IMG/VR virus record: IMGVR_UViG_3300029258_002750
Location: 124,001-188,000 of that record
Strand: one strand, 5' to 3'
Length of the DNA: 64,000 bases
Shown here: piece after piece, positions 18,417 through 27,554 of the stretch
How positions within the stretch are numbered: the stretch's first letter is position 1
How the letters are laid out: the number at the start of each line of letters is the position of its first letter
The notes under the pieces: model-generated
The model's input: the letters and a program-made list of their open reading frames with translations, nothing else
What the model was told of the DNA's origin: nothing
Database searches by the model: none
Program-made: the position numbers and the translations under genes

Positions 18417-18637
18417 ATCGCGGCGATGTTCGCGTCGGTATGATCGTCGAGATCGTGAGGCTCGCGCCCATCGGCTGGGGCGACTGTCCCCTGGCCAGGG
18501 TCGTCGATGTTCCTCAGGACGGCAGCGTCACCATCCGGGGGCTGGTCGATGACCGAGACCGGCACTACTACTTCGCCAGCGAGCTGGAGGAGGCGTCAGC
18601 GATCGATCAGCTTGCCGAGATCGTGAGAGATCGATGA
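18413..18637 (+). CDS. SH3/KOW-like protein with C-tag
   Basis: VRVGMIVEI...FASELE; SAIDQLAEI. Confidence 0.8.
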   Translation: MNRGDVRVGMIVEIVRLAPIGWGDCPLARVVDVPQDGSVTIRGLVDDRDRHYYFASELEEASAIDQLAEIVRDR

Positions 18638-18987
18638 TCAGGCGGCCGACAGAAGAGGACCGAGATCGGCTGGCCGATGTGCTAGTGCGCCTGTCATTCG
18701 CCGTGCGCATGGCCTCCGACACAGCGACGATCGCGCGATTCAGTGAGAAGAGCAAGATCCCGAAGGAGCTAGCGGACGAGGCCAGAGATCGCGCCAGCCT
18801 GAGCCGAGACGCGCTGGCCGAGATCCTCAGCTGGGTCGCGGCCCGACACCCCGAGGCGTACGCCCTCGCGCAGATGCGCCTCATGGAGCTGACCGCCGAG
18901 GAGATCACCAAGGAGCACGCCCGCCGGATCATCGACGAGCTGGCCGACATGCGCGACGTGGTGACCGACCTGGGAGAGCTGTCGTGA
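18634..18987 (+). CDS. helical hypothetical protein
   Basis: coupled ORF. Confidence 0.75.
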   Translation: MIRRPTEEDRDRLADVLVRLSFAVRMASDTATIARFSEKSKIPKELADEARDRASLSRDALAEILSWVAARHPEAYALAQMRLMELTAEEITKEHARRIIDELADMRDVVTDLGELS

Positions 18988-19298
18988 GACTGGAAGCCGC
19001 GCGGCGCAAGCCCCGGCCGAGGCGGCCACGGTGCTCCTGCTGCTGTCGGCTGATGGCGTTCGAGCCCTACAAGCGCGGCGACGCGATCCGCCGCCAGCCT
19101 CCCCTCGCGAGCATCTGCCTGGACTGCAAGCCGTTCAAGCGCGGCGAGCACGCGCTCGTCAACCAACGGGACCGGATCTACGGACGGCAGCGCGGCGATG
19201 CGCTGTGCGAGCAGCGCCGATGCGACGAGTACCGGCAGCAGCAGAATGCGGTCGATCAGCTGGCTCGGGTCGGCCGGAAGATGGAGCCTGGCCGGTGA
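18984..19298 (+). CDS. Cys-rich paralog family member with C-tag
   Basis: CSCCC...CLDCKP...CEQRRC; NAVDQLARV. Confidence 0.75.
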   Translation: MRLEAARRKPRPRRPRCSCCCRLMAFEPYKRGDAIRRQPPLASICLDCKPFKRGEHALVNQRDRIYGRQRGDALCEQRRCDEYRQQQNAVDQLARVGRKMEPGR

Positions 19299-19615
19299 GA
19301 GGCGCGAACGGTGGACTGAACGGTGGACTGATTATCTGGACGGTCCAGAACCAGGTGGGACAGACCGTGGAGCTGTGGTCAACCCCCGAGCTGGCCCACA
19401 CGGCGGCCAGGCGGCTGGCCGAGGATAACCTCGCGGCCTACCAGCAGAATCCGATGCTGAACGGCGTCCGCTTCACCCTCCGCGAGATCCCCTACTGCGG
19501 CGGCTGGGTGATCCAGAGGAGCGGCCGGGACGATGAGCCGTGGAAGGTACGGCGGCGGGAGATCTGGGGCCTGTCGGCGGTGGATCGGCTCGCGGCCCTG
19601 GCGAGGCCCCCATGA
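19295..19615 (+). CDS. hypothetical protein with C-tag
   Basis: SAVDRLAAL. Confidence 0.7.
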   Translation: MRGANGGLNGGLIIWTVQNQVGQTVELWSTPELAHTAARRLAEDNLAAYQQNPMLNGVRFTLREIPYCGGWVIQRSGRDDEPWKVRRREIWGLSAVDRLAALARPP

Positions 19616-19854
19616 AGCTCGAAGTCGGCAAGGTCTACCGAGTCATGCGTGGCGGCGCGTTGTGCGTCAGCGGCTTCGTCGGCTGCCTGGTGCGCGTCGA
19701 GAAGCTGGGCCACGAGCCTGAGGGCGAGAAGTGGGCCTGGGCGCGGCGGCTGAACAGCGGCGAGGCCCAGTGGTTCTACGAGAACGAGCTGCGGGAGGTG
19801 TCGGCGATCGATGCGCTGGCCGAGATCGTCCGGCCGGGTAGAACGAAGGCATGA
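19612..19854 (+). CDS. SH3/KOW-like protein with C-tag
   Basis: LEVGKVYRV...WFYENELRE; SAIDALAEI. Confidence 0.8.
   Translation: MKLEVGKVYRVMRGGALCVSGFVGCLVRVEKLGHEPEGEKWAWARRLNSGEAQWFYENELREVSAIDALAEIVRPGRTKA
19836..19844 (+). promoter_or_regulatory. GGGTAGAAC putative promoter, leaderless
   Basis: 6 nt before ATG 19851. Confidence 0.75.
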
Positions 19855-20117
19855 CCCTCCACCAGGCGATCGAGTGTTCCAGGTCCGGCCGGGCAGAGCG
19901 CGCGCCAGCCAACGGGCGGGAGCCCTACCGAGTGCGGAAGCTGTCGCAGCGGTGGATGTTTGGCTGTCGGACGCCACGCTACGCCACCGTCACGGTCGGC
20001 GGCGATGAGTTCGTCGATTGGCGCGAGGCGCTGAAGTTCGAGGACTGGCTGCCGCTGGACCCGAAGGATGCGGTGACGCGGCTCGGCGAGATCGCGCGGC
20101 CCGAGAGCGGTCCATGA
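19851..20117 (+). CDS. DUF2829-like-outline protein with C-tag
   Basis: MTLHQAIECSRSGRAER...EALKFEDWLP; DAVTRLGEI. Confidence 0.75.
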   Translation: MTLHQAIECSRSGRAERAPANGREPYRVRKLSQRWMFGCRTPRYATVTVGGDEFVDWREALKFEDWLPLDPKDAVTRLGEIARPESGP

Positions 20118-20344
20118 AGGTCGGCGACCGGATCGTCTACCGAGAGCTGTACGGCGACCGCATCCGCAGGCCGGGCCGGATCGAAGCAGACGGCTCGCGC
20201 GGCGGTGATGGACCTCCCTTCTGGATCATCCGGCTGGACGACGGCATCTCCTCCTTCCCAGTCGATGCCGACGCGCCCCAGCTCGAGCCCGAGCCCGCCG
20301 TGGATCAGCTCGCGCGGCTGGCCCCGGACCCCGACGGCCCATGA
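20114..20344 (+). CDS. SH3/KOW-like protein with C-tag
   Basis: MKVGDRIVY; PAVDQLARL. Confidence 0.8.
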   Translation: MKVGDRIVYRELYGDRIRRPGRIEADGSRGGDGPPFWIIRLDDGISSFPVDADAPQLEPEPAVDQLARLAPDPDGP

Positions 20345-20769
20345 AGCTAGAGACCGACCGCGTTTACCGAATCAAGGCGACTGTGTCACTTGCCTACGGG
20401 GGTCGGCTGGTTCGCATCGCGGCTCTCATCGGCGGCGGCGACGTGGGGGTCGGCTGGTTCCTCGACGCACCATCGGCGCAGACCGAGCGCTGGTTCTACG
20501 CGTCCGAGCTGGAGCCCGCGTCGGCCATCGATCTGCTGGCCGCCCTCGCCCCACGAGAGCCGAGTCAGCGCCGACCTCCCTCCTGTGAGGAGAATCGGGC
20601 CGCGCAGTCCGTGACCGAGCACCTGGTCAGGCAGCGGTACCAGTCTCCGTCGGCGATCGAGCGGCTGGCGGCGGTTACGGATGCGGCGGCTCGAGAGCGA
20701 GTGCGGGTCTACGATGATCGTGTGCGGGAGCTGGAGGAGTTCTTCAGGCTGACGCTGCCGGGGAGCTAG
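20341..20769 (+). CDS. SH3-like protein with two C-tag copies
   Basis: WFYASELEP SAIDLLAAL ... SAIERLAAV. Confidence 0.8.
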   Translation: MKLETDRVYRIKATVSLAYGGRLVRIAALIGGGDVGVGWFLDAPSAQTERWFYASELEPASAIDLLAALAPREPSQRRPPSCEENRAAQSVTEHLVRQRYQSPSAIERLAAVTDAAARERVRVYDDRVRELEEFFRLTLPGS

Positions 20770-21062
20770 CTCGCGGCGGCCAGCGCTTCGAGATCGGCCA
20801 GCAGCGAGACCAGCCGAGCCTTCTTGACGCGGCGCTCGGCGGCCATCGAGCCGATGACGCTCGCGAGCGTCTGGGTGAAGGGGACCCGCTCCAGCCGCTT
20901 GGTGGTGGGGTTCCAGTCGAGCCCGTAGGTGGTCCGGCCAACGAGCCCGAGCCGGGCGCGGATGTGGGCGACGGCCCACTGGCTGTCGGCGGCGACCTCG
21001 TCGCCGTGGTCGGGCAGCAGGGGAACGATCGCAGTCAGCAGCTCGGTCTTCGTCTTCCTCAT
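20766..21062 (-). CDS. hypothetical protein
   Basis: ATG 21062, GGGAG RBS, bipartite motif upstream. Confidence 0.7.
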   Translation of the reverse strand: MRKTKTELLTAIVPLLPDHGDEVAADSQWAVAHIRARLGLVGRTTYGLDWNPTTKRLERVPFTQTLASVIGSMAAERRVKKARLVSLLADLEALAAAS

Positions 21063-21081
21063 GGCGGCTCCCTTCTCTGCC

Positions 21082-21112
21082 CCTCTCAACAACCGAGCGG
21101 CGCGTTCTCACA
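21082..21112 (-). promoter_or_regulatory. bipartite motif TGTGAGAAC-N11-TTGTTGAGAGG
   Basis: copy 3. Confidence 0.7.
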
Positions 21113-21387
21113 CGCGATGACCGCCGGACATCGCCCCCCGACGTAAGTGCTTGAAAAAGGGGCGCGGCCGAGATGGCAACCTGAGCCCCCATATGAGGAA
21201 GAACCTGACGACCTCGACGACCCTGGCTGCCGCAGGCCCGATCGACGACGCCCGATCGACGACGGACAGCTTGGGCTGCACCCTGGTCGATGCAGTGCCT
21301 CTAAGCCCCCCAACCGAGGCCCCGTCCGACACACATAACGACGCCAAAGGACATACGTCGCTCCATCCTCAATAAAGGACTTAGGGT

Positions 21388-22413
21388 TGCCCCCAGGATG
21401 GGGGCACCGGACGCTTGTGTAAGCCCAGCTGGTGCCCCCATGATGGGGGCAGACCCACGGTCGGATTATGGGTTACGGCGGGGTCCCCGCCTGTGACCCG
21501 TCTAAAATTGGCTCTCCTCGGTCCTAGCGGGCACTCTGGCGAGCCCATTTTCAAAACTCGACCCTAGCTACCTGCCATCGAGAGTTGCCCCTCAGAGGCC
21601 CGTAGAGGCCCGTGGTGAAGAGCGGCTTCCGGCCGCCGATGAGGCCCGATCCCAGGAGGGCGCCTGGTCACACTGGTCTGTCACACACCTCGGGCGCGGG
21701 CCGCCGCCAGGCCGCCAGCCGCCAGGCCGCCAGCCGCCTGGGCTCCAGGCGGTCGGTCACGCCGGGTGTCACATCTCTGCCTGGTGCCCCCATCGTGGGG
21801 GCACGTAGCTCGGCTTCGGCCGCGCGCGTTTCCGAGCTGTGCTCGAGCGCACGGCCGGTGCCCCCATCGTGGGGGCACCGGACAGCGAGTGGCGTTCACG
21901 GTGGTGCTAACGAGTAAGGCGCGATCACGATGAAGGCGACCGGCCGAAGGCCGCCTGGCTACTGGGCTCCAGGCCGGGCATTACAGCAGCATCGTGGCGA
22001 GTGAGTATTCACGGCGAGGTCAACTGGGTGCGCGGGATTGAGGAAGGGGGTACCGTGTCCGTCCCCTACTAACAGCTACCGACAAGTAGGACACGGTCGC
22101 GGCCGGTGCCCCCGCCATGGGGGCACCTGACACCGAGCCTGAAGAACTTGTGGAGATCCCCTAGCGGGCAGCCCGCCCCCCAAGCGAACTGACCCGGGGG
22201 TGGCCCTCGACTCTTGGTCGAGGCCCGGCCGCCGGTGCCCCCGTGGCGGGGGCACTCGAGGCCGAGGGTGATACCCCTTTCGATTGGGGGTCGTGATCGA
22301 TTGCGCCGGTCAACGATGGAATAGTTGCTCAGAACCGGCTGCCAGCTCGATGTTTGTGGCGATTCGTCTTCGAGGCGGCAGAAACGCGGCCGGTGCCCCC
22401 ATGACGGGGGCGC
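21388..22413. repeat. array of 7 palindromes GTGCCCCC-N5-GGGGGCAC in a non-coding region
   Basis: copies at about 21388, 21431, 21783, 21855, 22105, 22234, 22392. Confidence 0.85.
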
Positions 22414-22414
22414 G

Positions 22415-22423
22415 GGGTAGAAC
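22415..22423 (+). promoter_or_regulatory. GGGTAGAAC putative promoter
   Basis: abuts last palindrome, upstream of HTH gene. Confidence 0.65.
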
Positions 22424-22442
22424 GAGGGTACTCGGGGGTCCG

Positions 22443-22673
22443 GTGAACCTGGCGCAGAGAGCCCGTATAGCCACAGGACTTAGCCAGCGCGAGCTGGCCA
22501 GGCGGCTTGGGGTCAGCCACTCGAGCTTCGAGCGCTGGGAGGCCGGAACAGTACCATCGTCGATGGCGCGCAACTTGTTGAGGCTGATCGAGTTGCACCC
22601 GCAGTTTGTTCTCGACGAGTTGGAGAAGAACGGGCCAGCGGTGTCCAACGGCCCATCCCGGGGCGCCACTTGA
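22443..22673 (+). CDS. XRE-family HTH regulator (HigA/MqsA-like)
   Basis: RARIATGLSQRELARRLGVSHSSFERWEAG...P. Confidence 0.85.
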   Translation: MNLAQRARIATGLSQRELARRLGVSHSSFERWEAGTVPSSMARNLLRLIELHPQFVLDELEKNGPAVSNGPSRGAT

Positions 22674-22737
22674 TGTCCAGTGGTCCATTTTCTATGCTGT
22701 CGGCGTTGTCCAGTAGACCATCGGAGGTGCAAGCGCG

Positions 22738-23358
22738 ATGACCCTTGTGTCGGAAGCCCGTGCTGCGACGGGGCTTACGCAGCGTGAGTTCGCGGCCATC
22801 GTTGGCGTCGATCCGTCCCAGATCGGCCACTGGGCGAGCGGCCGGAAGCGCGTAGCTAAAGCCGTGTCCTCACTGATGGTTGTGATCAAGGCCATGCCCG
22901 CCGAGGCCGTTGCTATTCTGGCCGAGCACCACGGGGTGAAACTCAAGGGCGAGGTCAGCGCTGCCCTCAACCGTGCGGGTTCCAGCCCAGCTGTTGTGCA
23001 GCGACCCGTTGAAGAAGTCGACCTCGAGGAGGCCGACCTCGGGGAGGCGGAGGACGGGTTCCGGCAGCTCGACTCGGGCTACCTGGTCTTCCCCGACCGG
23101 GGCATCGTGGCCGAGTTCGATGAGGACGACCCCCATGGGGGCGTCGAGCCGTCGCCCGAGCCCGACGATGCGGGCTTTGCGGGCGATGGCGGCCCGCCGC
23201 CCGGCCGCGCGCGGCCGGGTACCGAGGAGGACCGGGCCTACGGCCCGAATCGGCGGGGCGACACCGGCAAGCGCCGGGCAGTCGATGAGCAGGTCCCCGA
23301 CTACACGCCCGAGTTCGGCTACACGGGCGGCCAGGAGCCGCCCGGCGGCGGCCCTTGA
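22738..23358 (+). CDS. XRE-family HTH regulator with acidic disordered tail
   Basis: ARAATGLTQREFAAIVGVDPSQIGHWASG. Confidence 0.85.
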   Translation: MTLVSEARAATGLTQREFAAIVGVDPSQIGHWASGRKRVAKAVSSLMVVIKAMPAEAVAILAEHHGVKLKGEVSAALNRAGSSPAVVQRPVEEVDLEEADLGEAEDGFRQLDSGYLVFPDRGIVAEFDEDDPHGGVEPSPEPDDAGFAGDGGPPPGRARPGTEEDRAYGPNRRGDTGKRRAVDEQVPDYTPEFGYTGGQEPPGGGP

Positions 23359-23641
23359 CGCCGGGCATGACTCTGGGGTAGCCTACGGCTACCCCAGGTG
23401 AACTGGGGAACCCAGTCCAGTCTCGAGCCCGGCCCCATGCTGGTCGGGCTCGCGGTCCGTACAGGCCGCGACCCCGCTCGTGGGGATGGGGCGAGCGGGG
23501 CCGGGCGCAGAAGAAGCCTGACCAAGAGCCAGGAGGTAACGCCCAGCATCGTAGCCGAGCCCGGCCCGGCGGGCCACCAGATACCCCCTAGCGGGCAAGT
23601 CCTTATTTCTCGGTGCCGGGCCGCGCCGTAGACTGGGCCGG

Positions 23642-24037
23642 ATGAACGTGCTCGTGATCGAGGAGAGGGCCGAGGCCCGCGACCGGCTGCTCGACGCCCT
23701 GGTCGATGAGCACGCCGCGTGGCCAGCCGCGAGCTGGGAGGATGTTGCCCTCGTGGTGAACGAGGGCCGATGGTGGCCGCAGGCGGTCGTGCTTGGGCAG
23801 GCCGCCAGCCGGGGCGAGCTGGTTCGGGTGCTTCGGCACACCTACGGGGAGCATCTCCGGGTCGTGCTCTACATCGAGGAGCCCACGGTCGCGGCCGTGC
23901 TCGCGAAGGCCCTCGTGAGCGTGGCCCACGCCAACGCCTGGGTCACCGATGCAGAGCTACCCCTTCTGCACGAGGTCGTGGCCGGGCGCGTCGCGCCGGA
24001 CGCCGATACTCCACGCGGCGGGTTTCCCCTGCCGTAG
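23642..24037 (+). CDS. degenerate receiver-domain-like protein
   Basis: MNVLVIEE..EARDRLLDAL; PQAVVLG in place of PDLVLLD. Confidence 0.5.
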   Translation: MNVLVIEERAEARDRLLDALVDEHAAWPAASWEDVALVVNEGRWWPQAVVLGQAASRGELVRVLRHTYGEHLRVVLYIEEPTVAAVLAKALVSVAHANAWVTDAELPLLHEVVAGRVAPDADTPRGGFPLP

Positions 24038-24204
24038 GTCCGGCCCGCCGCGCGGGCACACCACGTCGCCGTTGCTGAAGCCGCCGTGGCAGCAGCGGCC
24101 GTGCACGCGGTAGTAGCAGCCAGCGCCAGCGGCGCCCAGGGGGCAGCAGTCTCGCTCGGCAACGGACATCCCAGACCGCCACCAGCGTAGCGCGCGCGGC
24201 CGAC

Positions 24205-24528
24205 CTAGTCCTCGTCGTTCTTGAAGCGCTCCCAGTCCTCTTCCCAGGCGAGGTCCGACTCCGGCTCCGGCCGCTCCGCAGGGAGCAGCGGATCGTCTTG
24301 GAGGATCGGCCGGGCGGGCGGCGGATCGGTCAGCCACGCGTTCGAGAGCGCGTGCAGATGGGCGTGCAGCTCGTCGGTCATGCAGTCCACGTGTACGAGC
24401 TGGCCGGAGTCGTGGTGCCACCAGTAGCGGTCGCCGAGCCCGATGTGGGCGCGGCGGCAGCCGTCGCAGTGGCGGGGAACGGGAGAGTAGCACCGCACGA
24501 GGCGGAGACCGGGGTGGGAGAGCGACAT
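24205..24528 (-). CDS. Zn-finger hypothetical protein
   Basis: CDGC...HVDC. Confidence 0.6.
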   Translation of the reverse strand: MSLSHPGLRLVRCYSPVPRHCDGCRRAHIGLGDRYWWHHDSGQLVHVDCMTDELHAHLHALSNAWLTDPPPARPILQDDPLLPAERPEPESDLAWEEDWERFKNDED

Positions 24529-24618
24529 AGTAGGGAGCCCCGTCCTTTCTGCCCACACCGTAGCGCAGACCCCCGACAACTGAGCGCGCGGTCAGCGCTG
24601 CCCCCGTAGACTGGGAGG

Positions 24619-24807
24619 GTGAGCCCGGCCCGCGCCCTCCTGTGCCCCATCTGCAAGCGGCCGATCGACGTGCACCACCGCGCGGCGATCGACACCAAGC
24701 GCGACCGCATCTACCACGTCTCCTGCTGGTGCAAGCTGCAAGGCTGGCCGCTACCAAGGTGGCTCGACGAGCGGTATCATCGGCGGCCAGGAGGCACACG
24801 ACCATGA
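24619..24807 (+). CDS. Zn-finger hypothetical protein
   Basis: CPIC...YHVSC. Confidence 0.65.
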   Translation: MSPARALLCPICKRPIDVHHRAAIDTKRDRIYHVSCWCKLQGWPLPRWLDERYHRRPGGTRP

Positions 24808-25220
24808 GCTTGTTCGAGCGATGCGCGACGCCTGGGATGAAGATCCGCAGCAAGGGCAAGGGCATGGCGCGCGGCCAGGGCAAGGGTCCCATCGGAGAGC
24901 CGACTGGTGAGGTCGAGGAGGACAAGACGAGCCTGCTCGGCCGCGCGATGACGGCCTACTACGTGGACCTGGGCGATCTCTCGACCGAGGAAGCCGAGGA
25001 AGCGCTGGCTGCCGCGAAGGACGAGCTGGCCGAGGACAAGGACGTGACCCAGGCGCAGAAGGAGCTGGACCATCTGCTCCAGATGCTCCGCACGCTGGCG
25101 AAGAAGCACACCAAGCGGCTGGAGTGGGCTGGCTCGCACCACCAGGACTACCAGAGCGCGGCCCAGGAGGCGAAGCGCGGCCTCCTGGGGATGGTGGCGG
25201 CACTCGCCAACCTGCACTAG
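24804..25220 (+). CDS. coiled-coil hypothetical protein
   Basis: AGGAGG RBS; starts MSLFER. Confidence 0.75.
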   Translation: MSLFERCATPGMKIRSKGKGMARGQGKGPIGEPTGEVEEDKTSLLGRAMTAYYVDLGDLSTEEAEEALAAAKDELAEDKDVTQAQKELDHLLQMLRTLAKKHTKRLEWAGSHHQDYQSAAQEAKRGLLGMVAALANLH

Positions 25221-25223
25221 CTG

Positions 25224-25586
25224 CTACGGAACGAGCAGGTCAGCGTCGACCCCGGCCCAGAACGCTTCGCGAGCGCGGGCACCATCGACGCAGCCCTCCG
25301 CGCCGGGGATCGCGGGACGCGGGCAGCAGGGCGCACCGGCCCACCAGTCTGGTACCTCCCCGAGCCCCAGCCGGGCACCGCACTCGAAGCAGCGGCGGCC
25401 CTCCCCGCCGCCGCCGACCCCGGCCCAGTCAGCGCTGACCTCGAGCGGCGACCGGTCCAGCGGCCGAGCGTGCAGCTCACGCGGCTTGCTCCCGGCGCGG
25501 CGACGCTCCACCAGCAGCCGCAGCCCGGCCTCGATGTCACCCGTGGCCGCCGCCCGCTCCAGCTCCCGTAGTCGTTGGTCGCTCAT
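25224..25586 (-). CDS. hypothetical protein with MSDQRLRELER leader
   Basis: clean ORF; CFEC...CC. Confidence 0.65.
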   Translation of the reverse strand: MSDQRLRELERAAATGDIEAGLRLLVERRRAGSKPRELHARPLDRSPLEVSADWAGVGGGGEGRRCFECGARLGLGEVPDWWAGAPCCPRPAIPGAEGCVDGARAREAFWAGVDADLLVP

Positions 25587-26224
25587 ACCTGCCTGACGGG
25601 CGAGCCGCAGCCGACTGACACGGCCCCCGGTGCGGGCGACCCACAGGCCCCCTAGCGGGCAGTGCCCCCTCGAGTCGGCGATGACCCCCTCCCCCTAGCG
25701 GGCAGTGGGGTCTCGCCGAGCGGTTCCTGCGTTTTGTAGAGGGTCTCAACGCCCAGAACGGGCGGAACGTAAGGGGAGTCTCCAGCTCACCTTTCCGAAA
25801 CCGACCCTAACAGTAGCCGAACCCGGCCCTGCCCCACACCTGCGCACTGGACCCCGGCCCCCTGGCCATCTGCTTGGTTCCTGCGTTACCGAGGCCCCCC
25901 ATCGAAGGATGGGCGACGGAACCGGGTGGGACTATGGACCCACCCTCTTGGAAACTCACCCTGTAGGGGTGCAGCCCGCGCCCCCAGAGGGCTTCTGCGA
26001 CACGGGCACGCCATGATGCACAGCTCCCCAGCCCGAACACGACACCCGAACCTGCCATGACAGCTCACCGGCCGCGATCCGGTGGACGAGGAGTCGTTCG
26101 GGGGATAATCCAGGTCCCCAAAATCGCGCGGGAAGTGGTTGGTAGAGAGAAGAGCGCGCGCTCTCCCTCTCCGACTACCTCCGCTTACCCCCACAGCATC
26201 CCTTGGCGTCTTCGCCGCGTGTTT

Positions 26225-26233
26225 GGGTAGAAT
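26225..26233 (+). promoter_or_regulatory. GGGTAGAAT promoter variant
   Basis: upstream of ATG 26256. Confidence 0.55.
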
Positions 26234-26255
26234 CGTCGGCTGTGTGGAGATCTGG

Positions 26256-26588
26256 ATGAGCCTGCGCGATCGTCTGCTCGATGAAGCTGCGGCTCCCAAG
26301 GCGGACGTGGGGTGGGCGAACTCGCAGGCGAAGGCCGCGAAGAAGGCCGCGCAGTCTCGCTGGGGAGCCGGATGGAACCTGCTGTCGGTGGAGCAGCAGA
26401 AGGGCGCGGTCGCGCTGGTGCGATCGGCTGGCGGTGTGGAGGAGTCTGAACCGCACCCGGACTCACCTGCTGGGATCACGGCGCACTTTCGCCGCGAGCG
26501 GGAGATGAAGCTCAAGGTCGCGCGCGCGAAGAAGGAGCGCGCGAAGGCCGAGCGCGAGTGGAACAAGAAGAGGAAGGCGGGACGATGA
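26256..26588 (+). CDS. basic protein, possible internal head protein
   Basis: MSLRDRLLDE-A; Lys/Arg-rich. Confidence 0.7.
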   Translation: MSLRDRLLDEAAAPKADVGWANSQAKAAKKAAQSRWGAGWNLLSVEQQKGAVALVRSAGGVEESEPHPDSPAGITAHFRREREMKLKVARAKKERAKAEREWNKKRKAGR

Positions 26589-27199
26589 GCCTGTTTGATC
26601 GCGTGACCGTTCGCCGCGTGGACCTGGGCGAGATGGACGACGGTGGCTACGGTCCGCGCAAGACCTACTCGTACGACTACGACCAGTACGGTGTCCACAA
26701 GACCACCCACTACGGCGAGCCGGAGGTTTCGCCGTCCAAGTTTCCACCGTCCAAGCCGTCCAAGCCCAAGCCCAAGAGGAAGCCCAAGAAGAAGGGCTCG
26801 CTCAGGCAGCTCAAGACCAAGGTCTGGATGCGCCCGCCGAACGGCGACTACGAGCTGGTGGCCGCGTTCAAGGCGAAGGGCGACGGGCACCTGTTCGCTG
26901 ACAGCAAGAAGAGCAGCCCGCTCGTGAGAGGCGGCGGCAAGTTCGTGGTCGAGGACAAGGACGAGGCCAGCGAGCTGACCGAGAGCTTCTACAAGCGGAC
27001 ATCCGGCTTCCAGGTGGACGACATCGACGTGAGCTTCGGTCCGTACAACATCGGCACGCCCGACCACTTCGGCCTGGTCTTCAAGCAGGGGATGAGCGAG
27101 CACTCCGTCACGCTCATGCCGATCCAGCTCAAGCCGATGGCCGATGGGCTGCGGAAGCTGGCCCGCCACATCGAGAAGGCCAAGCTGCCGAGGAAGTAG
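26585..27199 (+). CDS. Lys-rich protein
   Basis: MSLFDRV; ATGA coupled. Confidence 0.8.
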   Translation: MSLFDRVTVRRVDLGEMDDGGYGPRKTYSYDYDQYGVHKTTHYGEPEVSPSKFPPSKPSKPKPKRKPKKKGSLRQLKTKVWMRPPNGDYELVAAFKAKGDGHLFADSKKSSPLVRGGGKFVVEDKDEASELTESFYKRTSGFQVDDIDVSFGPYNIGTPDHFGLVFKQGMSEHSVTLMPIQLKPMADGLRKLARHIEKAKLPRK

Positions 27200-27203
27200 C
27201 GAT

Positions 27204-27554
27204 TCAGGCGTCGTCGTTCGGGTTGTAATGCCAGCTCACCTTGAGCGGTACGCACACCAGCGGATCGTGCGTCTCGATGACGCCGGTCTTGTAGTTGATC
27301 TCGCCGACCGTGTTCCCCTGGCAGCGGAGCTTGCCCATCCCGTCGTCCGTCATCGGGTACGGATCGGTGACCAGCACCGAGCCGGGTCCCACGGGGAAGT
27401 AGGGCAGACGATAGCGGGTGGGTCGGCGCTGACCCGTCGCTACGTCGCCTAGCCGCTCGACTGCTGAGGGCTCCTCTGGCTCGATGGTGCTGCCGTCGAT
27501 GCGGTTGGAGGAGTAGTACTTGTTGGGCGGCGCGATGTCGTTGTAGTTGGTCAC
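27204..27554 (-). CDS. hypothetical protein with internal C-tag
   Basis: SAVERLGDV. Confidence 0.7.
   Translation of the reverse strand: MTNYNDIAPPNKYYSSNRIDGSTIEPEEPSAVERLGDVATGQRRPTRYRLPYFPVGPGSVLVTDPYPMTDDGMGKLRCQGNTVGEINYKTGVIETHDPLVCVPLKVSWHYNPNDDA

Noticed and set aside
21388-22413. CRISPR array
   Set aside because: The repeats are palindromes with 5-nt internal spacers at irregular distances, with no regular repeat-spacer periodicity and no cas genes.
23869-24190. Cys-rich minus-strand ORF near 23957-24169
   Set aside because: It overlaps the pseudo-receiver gene convergently with no clear RBS, so it cannot be supported.
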